From Candidatus Hatepunaea meridiana (GTDB lineage Bacteria; Electryoneota; AABM5-125-24; Hatepunaeales; Hatepunaeaceae), in assembly GCA_030765125.1 (NCBI GenBank), contig JAVCDD010000250.1, positions 14,800 to 78,799 of the forward strand: a stretch of 64,000 nucleotides of DNA, in the 5' to 3' direction. Every line of letters begins with the position of its first letter. The first letter of the stretch is position 1. The notes beneath the pieces were generated by a model, which was not told the origin of the DNA, made no database searches, and worked only from the letters and a program-made list of their open reading frames with translations. Positions 57,095 to 64,000 of this stretch are shown piece after piece. Position numbers and translations under genes: made by a program.

Positions 57095-57823
57095 ATGTTA
57101 ACAGTAAACCACATCAACTACCGCTACCCCGGTATAAATTCCAATGCAATTGATAACATAGATTGTTCTCTGAATCGTGGTGATATCGTCGGATTGATAG
57201 GTTTATCCGCTTCGGGTAAGTCAACGTTTGGTCGATTGTTGAAAGGACTCATTATACCGGCAAGCGGTAAATTCACTCTTCAATCTAACGACAATTCAAG
57301 TGTTGAATTAGATTCCAAATCACTGATAAAAACTGTTGGCTGGGTCGGATCACACCCGGAATTGCAGATATTTGCCTCATCAGTAAAGGAAGAGATTAAA
57401 TATGGTCCAACCAATCAGGGATTGAAAGGTCAGAAACTTGCTGATCGCGTAAATTGGTCACTTCAAGTTGTCGGGTTTAATCCAAATGAAATTCTTGGCA
57501 GATTCCCCGGCAAATTATCCGGTGGAGAGAAACGAAGAGTAGCATTAGCAAGTGTTATAGCAATGAAAACACCATATTATATTTTCGACGATCCTACTGC
57601 GGGACTTGATTATGCAGGACAAAAATGTTTTATTTCAATATTGAGAAATCTTCGGGATGCGGGTTACGGAATAATCTGGATCACGCATAATGTGCTTCAG
57701 CTACAAAGCGTTATTAATCGACTTTGGGGTTTGGAGAAAGGAAAAATGGTTTTGGATGTGCCGGCGGATAATGTTGATTGGGAAAGGATTGCGCGGGTAA
57801 TGGAAACGGGGAAGTCGTTATAG
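57095..57823 (+). CDS. ABC ATPase, EcfA-like, with variant Q-loop and Walker B
   Basis: Walker A GLSASGKST, signature LSGGEKRR, Walker B YYIFDDPT (D in place of the catalytic E), H-loop WITHN. The Q-loop position reads VGSHPELQ. Confidence 0.85.
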   Translation: MLTVNHINYRYPGINSNAIDNIDCSLNRGDIVGLIGLSASGKSTFGRLLKGLIIPASGKFTLQSNDNSSVELDSKSLIKTVGWVGSHPELQIFASSVKEEIKYGPTNQGLKGQKLADRVNWSLQVVGFNPNEILGRFPGKLSGGEKRRVALASVIAMKTPYYIFDDPTAGLDYAGQKCFISILRNLRDAGYGIIWITHNVLQLQSVINRLWGLEKGKMVLDVPADNVDWERIARVMETGKSL

Positions 57824-57825
57824 AA

Positions 57826-57904
57826 GTTCTGAGTTCGCGCTTCAGCGCGTAAAGGATTTGGAATACAGACTATAGTCCAACGCGCTGAAGCGCGCACTCA
57901 GAAC
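57826..57904. repeat. 24-bp inverted repeat between the ABC ATPase gene and ackA (terminator-like)
   Basis: gttctgagttcgcgcttcagcgcg (57826..57849) and cgcgctgaagcgcgcactcagaac (57881..57904), with 1 mismatch and a 31-nt spacer. Confidence 0.8.
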
Positions 57905-57935
57905 AATTTTGTCAATAAATTTTTACGGAGAATAA

Positions 57936-59135
57936 ATGATAATTTTAGTTTTAAACAGCGGATCGAGTTCCGTTAAATATAGACTGTTCAATATGGATGG
58001 CGAGCGATGTCTGGCTTGGGGCGTTGTCGAGCGGATCGGTTCAAGAGGAGCTATCCTTAAGCATAACCGGGAAGACGGTCATCAGATTAAGCTAGCCGGT
58101 GACATTTCCGATCATACCAAAGCGATTGAGTACGTGCTGACTATACTGCTCTCACCAAATCACGGTGTCATAAAAGACAGATCGCAGATAGACGCGGTTG
58201 GTCATCGTGTCGTCCACGGTGGCGAGGAATTCACTGAATCGGTTGTGATAGACAAGGTTGTGATGCATCAAATCCACGATTGCATTGAACTGGCGCCATT
58301 GCACAACCCGCATAATATCAAGGGAATAACCGCCTGCCGGGCGCTGCTTAAGGATGTGCCCCAGGTGGCGGTTTTCGATACAGCCTTCCACCAACAGATG
58401 CCGGACTATTCATATATGTACGGTCTGCCATATATCCTTTACAAGCGGTACAGCGTCCGCCGTTTCGGTTTCCACGGCACATCACACCGTTACGTTTCCG
58501 ACCGGGCAGCAAGTATGCTCGGCAAACCAATCGAAGAGCTTAAGTTAATTACCTGTCATCTGGGTAACGGTTGCAGCACGGCAGCGGTCAGCTGTGGCAT
58601 TTCGATTGACACGACAATGGGCTTCACCCCCACCGAAGGACTGCTGATGGGCACCCGCACCGGCGATATAGACCCGGCAGCGCTACTTTACATAATGTCC
58701 CGCGAGGAGATCGGTGTAGGCGAAGCGAATTCCCTGATCAATAAGCACTCCGGTCTGCAGGGCATCTCCGGCATATCCAACGATATGCGTGAATTAGAGG
58801 AAGCCACCGCAAAAGGAAATGAACGCGCCGAACTGGCGGTTAATATGTTTGTCTACCGGGTGAAGAAGTACATCGGCGCTTACGCCGCCGCTATGGGCGG
58901 GGTGGATGGCATCGTCTTCACCGGTGGTATCGGAGAAAACTCATCCGAAGTGCGCAAACGTTCGCTGAGCGGACTCGAATTCATAGGTATAGAACTCGCC
59001 CCGGAATTGAACAACAGTGACGATTCAGAAGAAAGGTTTGTTGATAAAGGTGGGAGAGTGCGAGTGATGGTTATTCCTACTAATGAAGAATTGGTTATTG
59101 CGCGGGATACGTTGGAGTTGGTTACTGGAATGTGA
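57936..59135 (+). CDS. ackA: Acetate kinase
   Basis: ILVLNSGSSSVKY, GHRVVHGG, FDTAFHQ, FGFHGTSH and TGGIGENS motifs. Confidence 0.95.
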   Translation: MIILVLNSGSSSVKYRLFNMDGERCLAWGVVERIGSRGAILKHNREDGHQIKLAGDISDHTKAIEYVLTILLSPNHGVIKDRSQIDAVGHRVVHGGEEFTESVVIDKVVMHQIHDCIELAPLHNPHNIKGITACRALLKDVPQVAVFDTAFHQQMPDYSYMYGLPYILYKRYSVRRFGFHGTSHRYVSDRAASMLGKPIEELKLITCHLGNGCSTAAVSCGISIDTTMGFTPTEGLLMGTRTGDIDPAALLYIMSREEIGVGEANSLINKHSGLQGISGISNDMRELEEATAKGNERAELAVNMFVYRVKKYIGAYAAAMGGVDGIVFTGGIGENSSEVRKRSLSGLEFIGIELAPELNNSDDSEERFVDKGGRVRVMVIPTNEELVIARDTLELVTGM

Positions 59136-59281
59136 CGAGTATCATTTTATTCCTGCTTATTTGTATATAGATTCTATCGGATTATTTTACATCTTACCTA
59201 ATAGTACGTAGCCCGGTTTCTCCGAAACCGGGAATTATAACTTTGCTACGTTTCGATTTCAGTGTTTTAAGGAGGAAGAAC

Positions 59282-61879
59282 ATGCGTTTAGTACATGAAA
59301 ACTTGATATCGTTTCTGATAGCAATCCTAATTACGTCATCCTTATCAGCTCAACAGTCTCACAATATTGAGTTGATCGATGAAGCAATGGTGTTTGGTCA
59401 GTATAACGATGTCGCAGTGAGTGGTGATTATGCCTTCTGTGCAACGGGATACGGAGTGAGAGTGATATCGCTCAGAAATCCGGCAAACCCCAGGATCCTC
59501 TACGATTACCCAACTCCTGGGCAGGCTTATGATATATTGATCGTCGGTGATTATGCTTACATCGCAGATGGCATGCAAGGATTAGCTGTTTTCTCAATAG
59601 AGGATCCGGAGAATATTGAGATCTTAAGATCTATCACGTTTGAGGAAGGACAATACTTTACCTACATAGTATTTGATAATAACCGACTTTACGTTTACGA
59701 TAAGGTCGGTCAAACCATTTTATCGGAACAGTTGAGGGCTTTTTCACTTGATGATCCGTCTAACCCAAGGCAAATTCGTGCACTCAGATCAGCGAACGAT
59801 GCTATCTGGACAGTCTCTAATAACATTAAATACCACATGACCAATAGGTGGCTATCAATGCGTTCTTACGAAGACTTAGAGAACATTGAGGAGCTGGCAA
59901 CACTGGATTTAGGGTTCGGTCGTGCAGAGAGTATGTTGATTGGAAGAGGAAATTACATGTATATTGTGCGTGGTGAGTCTCAAGCAGAAACGTATTTTTA
60001 TGTAATATCTATGGTTGACCGCGAAAATCCCGAGATTGTAGCGACATTAGAAACGGATATGAGCTATTCTAATGCTCCTCGGATGGCTCTTTATGGCAAT
60101 TATGCTTATTTATCCACACGTTTTCGAGACGGAAATGAAGTTGAGCATGAGACCAAGATAATAAATATTGAAGATCCGGAGAATCCCGAGCCTGTTGGAG
60201 GTTTCGATGAAAATTTGAAACTGTATTCTGATTTTTTCGATCATTACCTCATTGATTGCAAACCCGGTAGTAATTCTGAAGGACAGTTTCGGGTTGTTTC
60301 CCTTGAGAATCCCGAAAATCCTGAATTAATATCAAGGCTGGAATCTCCCAGTGCAAGACATGAAATAAGAGAGTTGGTGACCTACTCAGACAATGTTTAT
60401 GCCATCAGCCACAGATTATATAACTTCTCCCTGAATAACCTGAGGAGGATTCGGGAAAATCCCTGGCCCCGCGCTAACGATTATGAACCACAGTATCCGG
60501 TTATATATGACGAACACTTATATATGGGTGGACGATATCTGTATGTCTATAACTTACGTGATCCGGATTCTCCCGAAGGAATACGTTACTATGAACATGA
60601 GTACCCATACCCAGAATTTGTAATAGAAGACGATCTGCTACTGCGAACCCACATAGATAACGATATAGATGGTTACATACTATCTGTTTATGACGTTTCG
60701 GAACCAGATAGTATCGTGAGGATTGGTCAGACTCAGGTTGAAAATACAAGCGATCTGAAGTGTGTCGAGATTAATGATCGCTATGTCTATGCATTAGGTG
60801 AAGATAGAACTAATAACCGGAGGAATTCCATTTATACATTCTCGATTGCAGATCCTGAAAATCCTGAACTTATCAGTTTACAGAACGCCGGTAGTACAGT
60901 TACAGAATTACGGATTTCAGACAGGCTTCTTTTCATGCCCTATATAACATACCGTGATGAACCCCCATGGGGACAAATCGAAAGCTGTGGAATAAGAGCT
61001 TTCTGGTTATTGGAACCGGATCGTTTCCAGGAGGTCGGTTCAATCGACCTCGGCAGATTCAGAATACCTTCAATTAAATTTGTGCAGGATAGAGTATTAT
61101 TTTTAAGCTGCGGTGAAGAGGGATTCAAGATAGTCTCGTTCGAAGAGCCTGATAATCCCGAACTACTCGGTTGGAGCAGCACACATTATTCCGTCGGTGA
61201 TATTGCAATCGAGGGAGAAATTGCCATTGTAGCTGACAGGTACAGTGTGGGAATTTACGATATCAGCCAGGCGATCACGGCTTCCTTTCTCGATATATCA
61301 GAGGAATCTCATGATTTCGAGTCGGTCATGATCGGTGATACAGCAACCTTCGAAATGACAATCACCAACATCAGCGATCGATCTCGACTAATAACCGAAG
61401 TAACCTTCGATAGTGAGGTTTTTAATTCAAATTTTCAAGATCAGGTTTTACTCGATACTAACGAAGAAACAGTATTAGATGTGCTGTTTCACCCGACTGA
61501 ACTTCTCGCCTATGAATGCACGATGACAATCATGGCGGAAGGTTTGCCTTTGCAAATACCCCTTTCAGGCGTAGGTGTTAGAAATGATGTTGATATTAGA
61601 GAGATAAATGCGCCTGAAAAATTCGAATTATTCCCTGCCTATCCAAATCCGTTTAACTCAAACACGTCTATTCACTATAATCTTCCCTATGATAGTCATG
61701 TGACGCTAACTATCTATGACACTGAGGGCAGGATGGTTAAGGCTTTGAAAAAAGAGAATCTAAAAGCAGGTTCTAATGCTTTTCAGGTTGATGCAAGTAA
61801 CTGGACATCCGGTATTTATATAGGACAACTTAATGCCGGAGACGAAGTTGGATTTACTAAGCTGGTAGTATTATTTTAA
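59282..61879 (+). CDS. Secreted LVIVD-repeat beta-propeller protein with a T9SS C-terminal sorting domain
   Basis: I trimmed the start to the ATG at 59282 after AAGGAGG. The LVIVD-type unit (GDYAY.AD...G..V.S..DP.NP.) recurs many times. The C-terminus reads AYPNPFNSNTSIHYNL...IYDTEGRMVKAL...GIYIGQL...KLVVLF. Confidence 0.8.
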   Translation: MRLVHENLISFLIAILITSSLSAQQSHNIELIDEAMVFGQYNDVAVSGDYAFCATGYGVRVISLRNPANPRILYDYPTPGQAYDILIVGDYAYIADGMQGLAVFSIEDPENIEILRSITFEEGQYFTYIVFDNNRLYVYDKVGQTILSEQLRAFSLDDPSNPRQIRALRSANDAIWTVSNNIKYHMTNRWLSMRSYEDLENIEELATLDLGFGRAESMLIGRGNYMYIVRGESQAETYFYVISMVDRENPEIVATLETDMSYSNAPRMALYGNYAYLSTRFRDGNEVEHETKIINIEDPENPEPVGGFDENLKLYSDFFDHYLIDCKPGSNSEGQFRVVSLENPENPELISRLESPSARHEIRELVTYSDNVYAISHRLYNFSLNNLRRIRENPWPRANDYEPQYPVIYDEHLYMGGRYLYVYNLRDPDSPEGIRYYEHEYPYPEFVIEDDLLLRTHIDNDIDGYILSVYDVSEPDSIVRIGQTQVENTSDLKCVEINDRYVYALGEDRTNNRRNSIYTFSIADPENPELISLQNAGSTVTELRISDRLLFMPYITYRDEPPWGQIESCGIRAFWLLEPDRFQEVGSIDLGRFRIPSIKFVQDRVLFLSCGEEGFKIVSFEEPDNPELLGWSSTHYSVGDIAIEGEIAIVADRYSVGIYDISQAITASFLDISEESHDFESVMIGDTATFEMTITNISDRSRLITEVTFDSEVFNSNFQDQVLLDTNEETVLDVLFHPTELLAYECTMTIMAEGLPLQIPLSGVGVRNDVDIREINAPEKFELFPAYPNPFNSNTSIHYNLPYDSHVTLTIYDTEGRMVKALKKENLKAGSNAFQVDASNWTSGIYIGQLNAGDEVGFTKLVVLF

Positions 61880-61920
61880 TTAGTTCTACTTTGTCACAGA
61901 ATATACAACCAGATTAACAA

Positions 61921-62286
61921 ATGACAATCCAAAAGATTAACCTCGCTGAGAAGTTGTCGTTATTCGACGATCAGTGGGTACCGCGCATCATCGGGGAGCT
62001 TAATGTACAGTATATAAAGTTGGTTAAATTCAAGGGAATCTACGACTGGCATCACCACGAGAACGAAGACGAGCTGTTCCTGGTGGTCAGTGGTCGGTTC
62101 ACGCTTGAGCTGCGGGATGAAAACCTGGAGGTAATGGAGGGTGAGTTCGTGATTGTCCCCCGCGGTATCGATCACCGACCAGTTGCTGATAAAGAATGCC
62201 ATATTATGTTGTTTGAACCTATCACCACACTGAACACCGGCAATGTCCGGACGGGGAGGACGTTAGAGGAATTGGAGAGGATATGA
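61921..62286 (+). CDS. Cupin-domain protein
   Basis: Cupin motif 1-like HHHENEDELFLVVSG and motif 2-like G.FV.VP.G..H. The protein is 121 aa. Confidence 0.7.
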   Translation: MTIQKINLAEKLSLFDDQWVPRIIGELNVQYIKLVKFKGIYDWHHHENEDELFLVVSGRFTLELRDENLEVMEGEFVIVPRGIDHRPVADKECHIMLFEPITTLNTGNVRTGRTLEELERI

Positions 62287-62349
62287 GAACATAAGGTCAA
62301 CAGTCGTTAAGCCAAAATTATTATCTTAATAATATAGGAGAAAATCAAA

Positions 62350-62613
62350 ATGGTGTTGTATGATTGGACATTGTCAGTATTGCTTCCACTTGGAGTTGGT
62401 TTAATACTTCCGGGACTGCTTCGTTTTATAATTATTCGTAAACCAATTCGAAAGCAATTACACGCTATTGGAATGGCTATTGTAATTGCTTTTCTTAATT
62501 CAGTTATCTTCGAGAAATTAGTAGAAGTTAAATGGTTTGCAGAAGTTGATGTGATTCCTGTTATAATATCAGGAATTCTGGCTTATTTTATAATAAAATA
62601 TAAGTTTGATTGA
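62350..62613 (+). CDS. Hypothetical small membrane protein
   Basis: AGGAG RBS 8 nt upstream. Three hydrophobic segments. No family recognised. Confidence 0.4.
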   Translation: MVLYDWTLSVLLPLGVGLILPGLLRFIIIRKPIRKQLHAIGMAIVIAFLNSVIFEKLVEVKWFAEVDVIPVIISGILAYFIIKYKFD

Positions 62614-62732
62614 TGTTTTGTATTGGTTACACACTATGTAAAATAGCGTCACATCGTCACCGAGGGGGTGCAAAGCGTTTGTGGGTGGGGGTTAGAAGGG
62701 GTGACGATAATGTGACGGTGGGTGACGAAACC

Positions 62733-64000
62733 TTAGAGGATACGCAGGATTTCCTCTGCATCGACCCTGCCCCAATGATACCCCATCTCTTCGCTCATCT
62801 CTTTGGCGAATTTTGCTTCAGCGTTTGTCCTGTCAGGATCACCATTTGCATGATGAGCCCAGGCAAGAGCAACCCGGATATCCGCCTCGTATACCCGGTA
62901 ACCACCCTCAAGGGCATAGTCCAATGCCTCGTTCAGGTCGTTGAATGCTCCGGCAGCATCCTGCATCTGTTTCGCCAGCCAGTGTCCGCGTCCCAGCAAG
63001 GCTTCGATTAGAACATCTCTTCTGTCAATACTCCGCGCGATCTTCAATGCCCGGTCAAAATGATCTCCGGCAGTCTCTTGTTTGCCTTCAATAGCGTCAA
63101 GTTCACCGGAAAGTCTGTGGCATTGGCAGATATTGTGGTGCCAGTGATTTCTCTCGCAAATCTTATGATTGGCATCATTCACACGACTGGCATATCCGTT
63201 ATCATCAATTCGGATCAGGTATTCGGTATGTTGAATTCCTCGAAAAGAGTAGAGATATACTTTATCCGGATCAATTTTCTTTTCAAGTTCTTGCGCCTGC
63301 TTAAAAAGCACGCCAGCTTGTGAAGTATCACCCACAAGGAATCTGATGTGTGCTTGATGTGCACGAGAGGATTGAATCACCTTGTCTTCATTCGATTTCT
63401 CAGCGAACTCAGAGCTTTTTTGTGCAGCTCTCTCAGCCACTGAAAGCCTTCCAAGCAGTGAATATGTATCTGTCAGGTTGTTGAAATCAGCGCTGGCTCC
63501 TTCCCAGTCTTCTAACTGGATTGAATGAACACTACCTCGTTCAAAGAAGGGAATCGCATCACTCAAATTTCCCAGGTTATTCTGGCAGAATCCGAGTGAA
63601 CTAATAATCCACGCTTTAGCATTCTCATCGCTGACCAGGGGTTCTTTGTTAGTATCGCGATCCGGGAAGAACTCCTTTAGGATAGAATACTGCGTATAAA
63701 AAGCATTCAATTGATAGGATAGTACTCTTTTATTCCCCTGATGAATCTGTTTCCTAAATACATCATAAAAAGCCTCATCATAAGCCCCAGCCCTGCAAAG
63801 GTGATACACCACCTCAATCAATGGCTTCAGATCGTTAAGTGTTGGATTGTAAGGCACTCTTCCAGCTACATCGAGATAAAAATCCTTGATACTGGTATGT
63901 GCTTCGGTTGTGATTCTCTTGTCCACCCTATTGAGCAAAGTGAAATAATGTGCCCTGATCAGGGGGTGAGTGGTGTAATGTTTCTCAAACTCGCTATACC
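62733..64000 (-). CDS. TPR-repeat C-terminal part of a larger (probably STAND-type) protein; the gene continues past the right edge
   Basis: The reading frame stays open upstream of the track start to the window end (...YSEFEKHYTTHPLIRAHYFTLLNRVDK...). Repeated TPR-like helices fill the remainder. Confidence 0.65.
   Translation of the reverse strand, partial: YSEFEKHYTTHPLIRAHYFTLLNRVDKRITTEAHTSIKDFYLDVAGRVPYNPTLNDLKPLIEVVYHLCRAGAYDEAFYDVFRKQIHQGNKRVLSYQLNAFYTQYSILKEFFPDRDTNKEPLVSDENAKAWIISSLGFCQNNLGNLSDAIPFFERGSVHSIQLEDWEGASADFNNLTDTYSLLGRLSVAERAAQKSSEFAEKSNEDKVIQSSRAHQAHIRFLVGDTSQAGVLFKQAQELEKKIDPDKVYLYSFRGIQHTEYLIRIDDNGYASRVNDANHKICERNHWHHNICQCHRLSGELDAIEGKQETAGDHFDRALKIARSIDRRDVLIEALLGRGHWLAKQMQDAAGAFNDLNEALDYALEGGYRVYEADIRVALAWAHHANGDPDRTNAEAKFAKEMSEEMGYHWGRVDAEEILRIL

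Noticed and set aside
62610-63011. 133-aa plus-strand ORF in the six-frame track
   Set aside because: It lies antisense to the well-supported TPR-protein gene (62733..64000, minus strand), has no recognisable motifs, and has a Cys/Arg-rich composition typical of antisense read-through.

Overview
About 64 kb of chromosome from an uncultivated-looking Gram-negative bacterium. It probably belongs to the FCB superphylum, because four large secreted proteins end in type-A T9SS C-terminal sorting domains (PNPFN(S/A) ... IYD(I/L)xGR ... GxYxxRL). I support about 50 protein genes and 2 tRNAs. Most genes are on the minus strand up to about 39.5 kb and on the plus strand after about 45 kb. The housekeeping core is purD, uvrB, pepF-like M3 peptidase, serA/serC, smpB, tyrS, polyprenyl synthase, ackA, and LPS core genes (two GT9 genes and kdtA). 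The signalling genes are a 1706-aa nine-PAS hybrid histidine kinase, two sigma-54-type activators (one degenerate) and a 1363-aa tandem-cyclase/STAND/TPR protein. Accessory content is (i) a toxin-antitoxin cluster (HEPN/MNT, then Zn-ribbon, acidic antitoxin and RelE) next to a secreted C-type-lectin protein, and (ii) a translationally coupled ABC-type ATPase plus small TOPRIM-like (DUF4276/DUF4435-like) gene pair wedged between serC and a Na+ symporter, which is my best candidate for a defence system. The most unusual signal is non-genic. Almost every intergenic gap holds mosaic palindromic repeat modules that recur across the window. One 88-bp copy, plus a second module, sits in-frame inside a PLP-decarboxylase gene, resembling a Rickettsia-palindromic-element-type insertion. 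No CRISPR array, transposase, integrase or rRNA was seen. All calls rest on reading motifs by eye; no database search was possible.
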